Positions 55,080-64,000 of a stretch of DNA of 64,000 bases are shown here, piece after piece. Each line of letters starts with the position of its first letter. The stretch's first letter is position 1. The notes beneath the pieces are model-generated. The model was not told where the DNA came from. It did no database searches and saw only the letters and a list, made by a program, of their open reading frames with translations. Made by a program: the position numbers and the translations under genes. The stretch is from an uncultured Methanoregulaceae archaeon (GTDB taxonomy: Archaea; Halobacteriota; Methanomicrobia; Methanomicrobiales; Methanospirillaceae), in assembly GCA_963717525.1 (NCBI GenBank), contig OY970343.1:64001-128000 (forward strand), in the 5' to 3' direction.

Positions 55080-56198
55080 ATGGACATGACAAAGAAATGG
55101 CTGGTCAGGTATTCCGAGATCTTCTTAAAATCGGACCCGGTGCGCCGGCAGTGGGAACGCGTCCTGATCAATAACATCAGGCAGCAGATGCCGGACACAA
55201 AGATCAAGAGCGAGCGGGGCCGGATCTGGCTCACCGGTGAGGTTGACCCCACAAAACTCCGGCATGTCTTCGGGATCGTATCATTTTCCGAGGTCGAACA
55301 CGTGCCCCGTGACGTACCGCTGGAATCGGCGGTGGTGGAATACGGCAGGACCCACGGCCTGCCTGCCGCAAAGACGTTTGCGCTCAAAATAAAACGAGTG
55401 GGCAGGCACAGTTTCTCCTCGAACGACAAGGCAATAGAGCTTGGTGACGTGGTCAGGAAGGCCTTCCCGCACCTCAAAGTGAACCTCGCCACTCCCGATG
55501 TGGAGATCCATGTCGAGATCCGGCAGGACGAGTGCTACCTGTACGATACCGTGATCAAGGGGGCAGGAGGTCTCCCGCTCGGCGTGGAAGGGACACTTGT
55601 GGCCCTTGTCTCGGGAGGGATCGATTCGCCCGTTGCGGCGTACATGATGATGAAGCGGGGCTGCAAAATTGTCCCGATCTTTGTCGCGCTCGACACCTTC
55701 CTTGACGAGACCGTGCTTGCCCGGGCCGAGCGGGTCGTAGAAGTGCTCCGGCAGTACCAGCCCGATATCCAGCTCCGGGTGATCCACGATTCCTACCTTG
55801 CCGCAGCAAAAAAGGAGCTGATCCGGAACCGGCAGGAGAAGTATACCTGTCTCTTCTGCAAGCGCCGGATGTACCGGATTGCCCAGGCCATCGCACTGGA
55901 AGTCGGGGCAAAGGGCATCGTGAACGGCGAATCGCTCGGGCAGGTGGCCAGCCAGACCCTCGATAATCTTGTTGTCCTCTCCGATGCGGCGGAGATCCCG
56001 GTCTACCGCCCCCTCATCGGGTTTGACAAGGCGGATGCGATTGTACTTGCCCGCGAGATCGGGACCTACGAGGAGTCCACCAGTAAGGCAACGGGCTGCA
56101 TGGCGGTGCCCACGGGACCGTCCACGAAGGCCCAGCTCGCGGAGATCCAGGAGATGGAGCGGCATATGGATTCGACGAAGATGCCACTGCCGGTGTGA
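55080..56198 (+). CDS. thiI: tRNA 4-thiouridine sulfurtransferase (no rhodanese domain)
   Basis: RYSEIFLKS, THUMP domain, SGGIDSPVA, CLFCKR, GESLGQVASQT motifs, distal Cys. Confidence 0.92.
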   Translation: MDMTKKWLVRYSEIFLKSDPVRRQWERVLINNIRQQMPDTKIKSERGRIWLTGEVDPTKLRHVFGIVSFSEVEHVPRDVPLESAVVEYGRTHGLPAAKTFALKIKRVGRHSFSSNDKAIELGDVVRKAFPHLKVNLATPDVEIHVEIRQDECYLYDTVIKGAGGLPLGVEGTLVALVSGGIDSPVAAYMMMKRGCKIVPIFVALDTFLDETVLARAERVVEVLRQYQPDIQLRVIHDSYLAAAKKELIRNRQEKYTCLFCKRRMYRIAQAIALEVGAKGIVNGESLGQVASQTLDNLVVLSDAAEIPVYRPLIGFDKADAIVLAREIGTYEESTSKATGCMAVPTGPSTKAQLAEIQEMERHMDSTKMPLPV

Positions 56199-56413
56199 TA
56201 ATTTTCCGGAATCCTCAGCTCATGACCCGAACTTTTTTAGAAATGTTCAGATCCCGGGCTGTTCTTTTTTCGGAAAAACCGGTAACGTTAATAAACATTT
56301 TTTGAAAAGTTCGATAACATTGGTAAACAATTTGAGAAAAGTCCTATAACCTCATTGAACATTTTTGAAAAACGCACTATGATTAGTGAGGCCTTTTAGA
56401 GAGAGGCAACTCA

Positions 56414-57346
56414 TTAATTTCCCAGACGATAATGGCTGTTTGTGATAGGCGTTAAGATATCCATCACTGACTCGAATTCCAATTCAGAGCCGATGCAGAT
56501 TACCTGCTCACCCTGTAGGGTATCCTTGAGGAAGTCTATGAGAGAAGTTCTGTGCAAAATATCGAGATGGGAAAATGGACTGTCCAGGATGAGCGGCAGC
56601 TGACATTTTGTAGATTTTCTTAATCCAGCCAGAAGAGACAGCCAAAGAACAATCCGGTCTCCTGTCGACAACGTGGGCAAACAATCGTAATTATCGCGTT
56701 TCAAATGAAAGATCCCATTCTCATCAAATTCAATCGAAAAGTCAGAATCTGTATATTTTCTCTTGAGGGCGGTCCATACCGCTCCTGAAACAATCTCAAT
56801 TATTTTCTCGTTAGAGATTTTTGAAATTTTCGATCCAAACGTGACTATATTTTCTATCAGGTTTGTTGGGTTCTGCTCTCCATTCCAAAGATAGAGGAGA
56901 TCTGATTCACGGGGAAGTTCATAGTCACCATCAACCCACAGGGATTTTCGCAATTCTTTAACCGCGCGCACGTCGGAAAAAAGTGAAATATCTTCATTTA
57001 ACCATGAATATTCGCACGTTCTCTCAATCTTCAGCCTTACGTCGGAATTTGCTTCAGAGAGGAACACCTGAACCGAAACTTCGACTTTTTGATGATTCTT
57101 CAACGATTTTAACAACTGATGGTTTATGAGAGATGGATCCTGTGTCGAGATATCCTGATTACCCTGACTAAAAGCCCACCGCAATGCATCCACGATAGTA
57201 GTTTTACCTGAACCACACGGCCCTTCTATGATATTAACAAATTTTTCAGGAGAATGCCCAAGAACAATCTCGTTTTTTCCGAGGAACGACCTAAAATTGT
57301 TTATAACAATCTCATCAATTATCAGGGATGGGCATGTTAAATCCAT
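56414..57346 (-). CDS. Short SMC/Rad50/DndD-like ABC ATPase
   Basis: NNFRSF, GPCGSGKTT, LSTGD signature, PLILDSPFSHLD..HR; AT-rich. Confidence 0.75.
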   Translation of the reverse strand: MDLTCPSLIIDEIVINNFRSFLGKNEIVLGHSPEKFVNIIEGPCGSGKTTIVDALRWAFSQGNQDISTQDPSLINHQLLKSLKNHQKVEVSVQVFLSEANSDVRLKIERTCEYSWLNEDISLFSDVRAVKELRKSLWVDGDYELPRESDLLYLWNGEQNPTNLIENIVTFGSKISKISNEKIIEIVSGAVWTALKRKYTDSDFSIEFDENGIFHLKRDNYDCLPTLSTGDRIVLWLSLLAGLRKSTKCQLPLILDSPFSHLDILHRTSLIDFLKDTLQGEQVICIGSELEFESVMDILTPITNSHYRLGN

Positions 57347-57501
57347 AATTTCTACTCTCCGAACGTCTAACGTTTTTCCGAATTTGGCGTTTCGATTAAT
57401 ATCTTTTATGGTACAGCCGGTCCGGCGATCCGGCCCCGGATTTCAGCCGGAATCTCCCGGTGAATTTCTCCGACGTATATCCGGGAAGTGTTGAAAAATG
57501 T

Positions 57502-57526
57502 GTCCTCTAGGATTATCCTAGAGGAC
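57502..57526. repeat. Perfect 12-bp inverted repeat with 1-nt spacer
   Basis: GTCCTCTAGGAT-T-ATCCTAGAGGAC. Confidence 0.85.
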
Positions 57527-57776
57527 TTCTTTTAATTCCTATTAAAGGAATAACGTAAAATCTAAAATTTTAGAGAGATCTCTGCCTAGAGAATCGCTGG
57601 AAAATCGAACCGGAAACCGGGCGGGACATTGAGCCCCTCAACTTATCAAATCCTATCGCTCGGATCCAGTTTGCGGCCTGTATTTTTCCCGCGGTTTAGG
57701 ATGTATGGAACTTTTCAAAAATGAGAGATGAACTGAGGCTGATACTCCACTGCCTGTCATGAAATCCGCGGCATTA

Positions 57777-59003
57777 TCAGAACTCCCTCATTATCTTTAT
57801 CGCACAAAATTCCCCGCACATTGTGCATTCCGCCTCACCATCAGATAACTCGCGCGCCCTCCCGGGATCCATGGAACACCGGATCTGGCCTTCGCGATCG
57901 AGCGCTGCCCGTAGTTCAGAGACAGTTTTATCCACAGCGTCACGGCCGTATTTTACCGTATCACCAATATGGGCTGCAATCCGGAAAGCAATGAGCCCTT
58001 CTTTTACCGCAGCCGGTGTGGGAAGGCCGAGGTGTTCGGCAGGAGTTATATAACAGAGATAATCAGCTCCGGCAGCACTTGCGGCACTCCCACCGCACGC
58101 CCCGGCAATATGGTCGTAACCAATGGCAATATCTGTGGGCAATGGTCCGGCAACAAAAAGCGGGAATGGGGACAATCTCTTTTGATACTTGATATATGAC
58201 AGGATACGGTCACTCCGGATATGACCGCCGCATCCTTCGATGATAACCTGAACCCCTCTTGCCAGCGCCCGGTGTGCGAGTACAATATTCTGGCGGATCT
58301 CGGCAACCTGCATTTTGTCTCTCCGGTCATGGATACACCCGCTCCGTGCGGTGTTTCCGAGTGAAAGGACAATATCGTGCTTCCGGCATATCGACAGGAC
58401 TTCATCAAAATGCTCCACGAACGGGTTCTCGCACTGGTGAATGAGCATAAATGCGCTGGTGATCGAACCGCCTTTGGATACCATGCCGAGCACCCGGTTC
58501 TTTTTCCGGAATCCGTCGAGCATCTCTCTGCTGACGCAATGGACAACAACGGAACTTATCCCCGCCTCTGCCTGCTTCCGGAGAGTCGTAAGGATATCGC
58601 CGGAAGTCATCTCCTTAAGGCCATTTTCGACAACAGCCTGGTATACCGGGACGGTTGTAATGGGAAGCGTGGTAACAGAACATATCTCCCCCCGGATTGC
58701 ATCGATGTCACCGCCCATCGAGAGATCGCTTATCGTGTCAGCGCCAAATTCCTCCGCGATCCGGGCCTTCTTGATCTCATCGCCGACATTTATCTTCCCT
58801 GTAGAAGTACCGAGATTGACGTTGATCTTGGTACTGAGACCCCTGCCGATTCCTACCAGCCGGTCACCGCGTTGCATGATCACCGTGCTGCCATCGGCTA
58901 TCTGCCGGCAGAGGGTCGCGGAATTCACACCTTCCTTCTCTGCAACCAGCCGCACCTGTGGGGTAATTATCCCTGTTCTTGCATGCTCAATCAGTGTTTT
59001 CAT
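57777..59003 (-). CDS. Divergent ThiC/Bza-family radical-SAM protein
   Basis: DLSMGGD, TVPVYQ, YDHI, CYITPAEHLGLP motifs, C-terminal CTMCGEFC. Confidence 0.85.
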   Translation of the reverse strand: MKTLIEHARTGIITPQVRLVAEKEGVNSATLCRQIADGSTVIMQRGDRLVGIGRGLSTKINVNLGTSTGKINVGDEIKKARIAEEFGADTISDLSMGGDIDAIRGEICSVTTLPITTVPVYQAVVENGLKEMTSGDILTTLRKQAEAGISSVVVHCVSREMLDGFRKKNRVLGMVSKGGSITSAFMLIHQCENPFVEHFDEVLSICRKHDIVLSLGNTARSGCIHDRRDKMQVAEIRQNIVLAHRALARGVQVIIEGCGGHIRSDRILSYIKYQKRLSPFPLFVAGPLPTDIAIGYDHIAGACGGSAASAAGADYLCYITPAEHLGLPTPAAVKEGLIAFRIAAHIGDTVKYGRDAVDKTVSELRAALDREGQIRCSMDPGRARELSDGEAECTMCGEFCAIKIMREF

Positions 59004-59596
59004 CGTGCACTCGTTCCGGAATATCCGGTTAGTTGTGGGGGTTCAAAGGATATGGATTCTGACTTTTATGTCCGCACCGGATCTTCTAACAGTACCGATA
59101 TGGATACAACCAGAATTGACCAAAAACACTTGTCATGAATCAATAAATAATTGGCTTTGTAGAAGACCTTCCTTCTCCGAAGTAAACAACTGACCTCAAA
59201 AAGTTAAGGTACGGTGTATCCCTACCTTTTATGCAAATAAAAGGAAATATCGTGTTATTCAGTTCTGGAACCAATACAATTTACATCTGAAAATTATTGA
59301 TAATAATTAATCTTACTTCAGATGGGGAACTCGAAGAAGAATGGGATTGAGGAAGCCTAGATATATGATGGGTAGGCGAGAATACGCTTGAATAAGTAAT
59401 GTGATACTTACAGGGATAATATCCGGTTTTTCCTGTTACGGGTATTAAGTTTTTCAATCAGAAGTCGAATTTTGGATAAATTTCCTGCATTTTGACCCCT
59501 TGCAGAGGTATGCTTTACATTAATATTATTAAAATAGAGAGTAACATTTATCGGTATATATACTGAATCATTTCACACTTAATTGCTGAGGAAATT

Positions 59597-61159
59597 ATGA
59601 AATTCGATGAAGCTTGTATTGGATCGGGCTTAATGGAAGCCATCACAGTTGGTTTATACGGTAATAATCTGAATTGTTTAAGAGAATATATTCAGAACGG
59701 AATAGATGAAGATGCGAAGAATATCGAATTATTTTTTGAAAATGGCGATCAGGATTTCGTAATAAAAGATGATGGAAATGGGATGAATCGCACTAAATTA
59801 ATCAGCGCATTAAGTATTGGAATATCAGAAAAAACTGAACCTGATATAGGATGGAGAGGAATAGGAATTTGGAGCGGAGTTCCGGTCTCAAAGAAGATCG
59901 TAATTATCACAAAATCGAGAAACAAGCCTATATTAAAGATAGAAATTGATAATGATGTAATACGGAAAGAAATTCCACTCAAAAAACCACTTTTAGACGT
60001 TTTAACCAAAGCGACAACTGATATTGAGGAATTAAAGCCTGGCAAAGATGACTCGTTAGCAAACTCTCATTACACGATTATCCGATTAGAATCAATTTTG
60101 CATACGCAAAAAAGTATTTTTGTTAAAAAGGAGATTAAAAAATATTTAGCCCGAGTAATCCCCATCCCATTTAATGAAGAAACATTTCTTTTTGCACCTG
60201 AGATAAATAAATTATTGAAAGATTCGAATGTAAAATTCCCTCTTGTTAATGTTACTTTCCAAGGAGAGAAAATTTTTAGATTCCCAGAGAGAAGCGATAT
60301 ATTTTTCGAAAAAATTTCAAAAAAAGAGTTTAAAATAGAAGGGGAAGTCGTGGCGATAGGCTGGTTTATCACCCACAAAGAAAATGGGGTTCTTAAAGAT
60401 CCAAATGGTGGTATAATTTTCAAAAAGAAGGGATTCACTATCGGAGATAAACACTTAGTCCACAAACAATTTGAAGGGCATTATGCTCAATGGCAATACG
60501 GAGAAATCCACATAATTTCAAATGAATTGAAAGAAGATACTGCTAGAAATAATTTTGAAAATACTTCTCCGAAACTTGATCCCTTTCTTGAAGATGTTGG
60601 CGCATTCGTTGGACAATTGCATTTACAGAATCAATATCAATCGGCACGTGTCGTAACTAAAGATTTAGCAAGAACTCAAAAATATATCGAAAAGGAGGAT
60701 TTCAGCAGTGCCAAGGAAAAGATAAAAGAAATCACTGGCCGATTGGCAGAAAGGAGGAGTTATCCAGGAGATGATTCATTAAAAGAAATGAAATCGGTGC
60801 TGGATTCAGAATCCACCCAAAATAAAGAAGAATTGACAGAAATCAAAAAGGAACTCGTTGGACAGACGCCGAGTTTGAAAGAAGCAAAAATATCCCATCG
60901 TGAATCAACAATTATGAGTTTGCCGAAGCCAGTTAGGGATCATATCCCCAAAACAAGGAAAAAAGGAAAGCTCGATCTTCAGAGTAGTTTAACAGATTCT
61001 ATTAGAGATAAATTGAAAGAACAAACTGCATCCTCATCCAATGAAATTCATGAGTTAACTAGAGAGGCTTTTGGATGGGATATAATAAAAGCATCCAATA
61101 AACCTCCCCTCCTTACAATAGATCCTACATACAATAATCAAAACCAGCAGGATTCTAGG
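59597..61159 (+). pseudogene. GHKL (Hsp90/MORC-like) ATPase, truncated by IS481
   Basis: LREYIQNGID, IKDDGNGM, IGWRGIG motifs; ORF reads into the IS end at 61160. Confidence 0.75.
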
Positions 61160-62181
61160 TGTAGAGTGCCACAATTAATGTCCGATTTGTTGACAGAGTT
61201 TATGTCCGCTTGATAGACATTTTCTGTTTTTATTAAAATTAATTTCGTTGTGATAGACTGATGTCGGAGTCATCCAGTTCAGGATCTCCTGCTTTCTCCA
61301 GTTGTTGTACTGGTGGTCGAAGGACCAGAGTTCCCGTTTGAAGTGGCTTAACGAATAGAATTCCTTGAGGGCAATGAGTTCCTGATAGAGAGTCTTGTGA
61401 TACCGTTCAATCTTGCCACGGCCACGCGGGTTGTACGGCCGGCCGAAGATCAGTTTGATACCGTTTTTCTGTGCTTCAGCTTTGAAGACTTTTGAGACAA
61501 ACTGTTTCCCATTATCGAGATAAATTTCACGAGGGATTCGTCCGGTGCGGAGCGCCCAGCGAAGAGCGTTGACCGCTGATGCAGCATCTTTGTGAAGATA
61601 GACCTTGCTTTTCACCCGATACCGGGAGCAGTCATCAGTAAAACCGGTGACATAGACCTTGCCGACACCCCGGATACGAAACTGGAACGTATCACCCTGC
61701 CACATGCTGTCAACGTGACGACGTTGGAATCGTTTGCCGGCTGGCTGAGGTTTTGCTTTGACACGAATGAGAAGTCCATGCTTTTTGAGGATACGATGGA
61801 CTGTCCTCCAGGAACAGGCCAGATCAAACTGGTACTTGATACGACGGGCGCCCCATGCAGGATATTTCTCTTTGAGCCGGATAATTCGTCGTTCCAGTGA
61901 CGGAGATATTGCCCGAGGGGATCGTTTCGGCCCGGTCTTTTTGGGTCGCAACCCATCCACCAGGTCTTCACGATGGGCCTTGGCCCAGCGTCTCACCGTC
62001 CTTTCGGAGATGCTATACGTCTCTCCGATCTCTCGTGCGCTTCGTATTCCTTCTTCATAGAATACGACTGATTTGGTTCTGATTTCCATGGTCGCTTTCA
62101 CCCGCAAGCACCTCTTCGGTGCTCTTGAAAGCGGACATAAATACTGTCACTGTTTTAGGACAGAAACTCTGGCACTATACA
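61160..62181 (-). mobile_element. IS481-family insertion sequence
   Basis: TGT...ACA ends; imperfect ~50-bp TIRs (TGTAGAGTGCCA.../TGTATAGTGCCA..., both with TGACAG..TTTATGTCCGCTT); no target-site duplication seen. Confidence 0.9.
61175..62089 (-). CDS. IS481-family DDE transposase
   Basis: N-terminal HTH, WGARRI, WQGD, DDCSRY, DNGKQF, GKIERYH motifs. Confidence 0.92.
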   Translation of the reverse strand: MEIRTKSVVFYEEGIRSAREIGETYSISERTVRRWAKAHREDLVDGLRPKKTGPKRSPRAISPSLERRIIRLKEKYPAWGARRIKYQFDLACSWRTVHRILKKHGLLIRVKAKPQPAGKRFQRRHVDSMWQGDTFQFRIRGVGKVYVTGFTDDCSRYRVKSKVYLHKDAASAVNALRWALRTGRIPREIYLDNGKQFVSKVFKAEAQKNGIKLIFGRPYNPRGRGKIERYHKTLYQELIALKEFYSLSHFKRELWSFDHQYNNWRKQEILNWMTPTSVYHNEINFNKNRKCLSSGHKLCQQIGH

Positions 62182-62534
62182 ACTATCTTTTGAGAATTGT
62201 TTTTAATTTGTTGAGCACTATGAATTACCCCAGGTAAAATATTCTTTCTATATTCATCAATCATTTTTTTTCTTGCATCAATTAGATCCATCACACACCA
62301 TTTATTTTCTGTCATTTCTTTTTGTTATTACGGAAGATAAAGTAGACTCTCACATTCCTTTTATTTGCATAAACAGAAAAAGACAATTTATTATTAGTAA
62401 CTCCATAAATTCTCTATTTTAATCTGAATTAAAATATTTGTAAATCATGAAAATGGGGCTATCCCCTTGACTCTATCGCACAAAAGAGTTCAGTTCCTCT
62501 AAAATTCCGATATGGTGAAATTATTATCTTGAAT

Positions 62535-64000
62535 TCATTTTCTTCTTTGGGTTATCTTAAAGAAAATACATGTCACGGCGATACCTGCCAAAGCCGAGGT
62601 GAAGGATAATGGCGTCGTAGGTGTTCCGGTCGTAACGGGTAGTGTTGGATTTACTCGCCAAAATGCATCCGGGATTGTTGAATTTGTTGGATTCAACGGG
62701 ATTATTATAGCGAAAGTCTGATTATCAATAGTCACGTTCTCCATCCCCCAATCTCTTGATACGGATGTAATTACATTCGAGGAAAATGTCGTGTCTGGTC
62801 CTAAAATGGGTATTATCAGAGAGTCGGTCTGATTATCAGCACTCACATCAACTATTGCGATACCGCTTGTTTCGGGGATAATAGTGGTGGAATTTGTGCC
62901 ATCCATTAATGTCCCGTATAACGGTTCGAGTCTGACATTCCCTTCCGGGGCTTCAAAAACAACAGGTATATCTGGCGGTTTGAAATACGTCAAATTAATA
63001 TAACTACCGTCAGAAGCGTAGAATAGATCAGCTCGGATTGCATTCTGTTGGTTTGGGTACAAATAACTGGAGGAAGTTATCCGCAGCTCCAGCCACGGGG
63101 TATAGTTGGCAGTGTAATCGGTTGACATTTCAGAGAAATGCGAAGATGGGTTATCATTCGAACCCCACCAGTTATACCGTGCATCAACTGGGGCCCATGC
63201 GTAAATGGCCGTCCCTCTATCATCATTCACGAGTCTGCTGGTTAGAATAAATACGGAAGCCCCATCGGAACCTCCTATGTCTGCAATAGCGCCCCCGCGC
63301 CCCCCGTTTTCTACCGAACAGTTTTCAATAGTTGAGGAAAATATGGCAATCTCACCTCGTGCGCCAATTGCACCTCCGCCGCTATTTTTTTCGGATACTC
63401 CGGCTGTGCAGTTTGTAAAAGTCGAAGAGGTTATGTCAAGACTGTCTCCATTCACGGGGAGCGGGGGTTCTGAGGAGATCGCACCTCCGCCTCCTTGGGC
63501 GATGCAATCTGATATGGTTGAAGAATTAACCACAGTATAATTGGTGGAGTCAATGGCTCCTCCTTGACCTGATGAACAACCTGTTATGAGTGAGGAGATG
63601 ATATTGGCCTCGCTGCCAATAAATTCAATGCCTCCGCCGGCGATCGTTGCTGAGCAGTTTGAAATGGTAGATGAGATAATTGTCAACGAACCACTAGAAA
63701 AAATCGCCCCACCGCTGTATGAGGTTGAACTGTTCATAATGATACACGAGGTAATGAGAAGAGAACCATCAGAATAAATGGCACCGCCATCAGGAGTATT
63801 TGATAGCTGCCCCCCGATAAGGGTCAGGTTATCAAGAGTGAGCGAAATTCCTCTTTGATTATAAAAAATCCTGCCGGTCCCTTGCGCATCAATAAGAGTG
63901 TTTTTTGCGTTCCCCCCCACTCCGACATTGGCCCGGATAGTTATGTCTTTTTTAATCGTAACGTTGTTCTCATAATACGTTCCTGGATTCAGTATAATCG
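62535..64000 (-). CDS. Surface protein with GGAI (Pmp/pectin-lyase-like beta-helix) repeats; 5' end beyond window
   Basis: Repeated GGAI motifs, ARYNWWGSN, Thr-rich linker, C-terminal TM plus QRRK; frame open to 64000 (ILNPGTYYE). Confidence 0.8.
   Translation of the reverse strand, partial: IILNPGTYYENNVTIKKDITIRANVGVGGNAKNTLIDAQGTGRIFYNQRGISLTLDNLTLIGGQLSNTPDGGAIYSDGSLLITSCIIMNSSTSYSGGAIFSSGSLTIISSTISNCSATIAGGGIEFIGSEANIISSLITGCSSGQGGAIDSTNYTVVNSSTISDCIAQGGGGAISSEPPLPVNGDSLDITSSTFTNCTAGVSEKNSGGGAIGARGEIAIFSSTIENCSVENGGRGGAIADIGGSDGASVFILTSRLVNDDRGTAIYAWAPVDARYNWWGSNDNPSSHFSEMSTDYTANYTPWLELRITSSSYLYPNQQNAIRADLFYASDGSYINLTYFKPPDIPVVFEAPEGNVRLEPLYGTLMDGTNSTTIIPETSGIAIVDVSADNQTDSLIIPILGPDTTFSSNVITSVSRDWGMENVTIDNQTFAIIIPLNPTNSTIPDAFWRVNPTLPVTTGTPTTPLSFTSALAGIAVTCIFFKITQRRK

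Noticed and set aside
57414..57486. Dense CCGG cluster
   Set aside because: CCGG is frequent throughout this sequence; no regular period or clear structure.
59004..59596. Riboswitch or small gene in the AT-rich gap upstream of the ThiC paralog
   Set aside because: No TPP- or cobalamin-riboswitch core recognised and no convincing ORF.

Overview
A 64 kb chromosomal segment of a methanogenic archaeon, most likely Methanomicrobiales and Methanoregula-like (SepCysS with tRNA-Cys, cysteate synthase with fused ComDE, methanogenesis marker 8, radA, fen, dph5). Most of 1-32 kb is housekeeping. About a dozen single-base frameshifts, many in short homopolymers and some in core genes (radA, dapL), look like sequencing or assembly errors. 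Four regions stand out. (1) A compact nitrogenase-like operon (9985-12930): a NifH homolog plus two ~350-380 aa component-1 subunits that keep all six P-cluster-type cysteines but lack the FeMo-cofactor ligands, and that are not CfbCD. (2) A ~17.5 kb sulfur cluster (38.7-56.2 kb): an uncharacterised ABC-ATPase/G3E-GTPase/Fe-S trio coupled to coenzyme M genes, a signal-peptide-less binding-protein homolog, ThiS/TtuA, FdhD, LarE, tRNA-Cys-SepCysS, MetY/MetX, ThiI, and a shared candidate operator. (3) An AT-rich relic at 32.8-34.2 kb resembling a casposon end, carrying a Zn-ribbon/HEPN gene and followed by a duplicated G/C-run repeat. (4) An accessory right end: a short DndD/SMC-like ATPase, a divergent ThiC paralog, a GHKL ATPase truncated by an IS481 element, and a GGAI-repeat surface protein. 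All family assignments come from motif recognition by eye; no database search was run.
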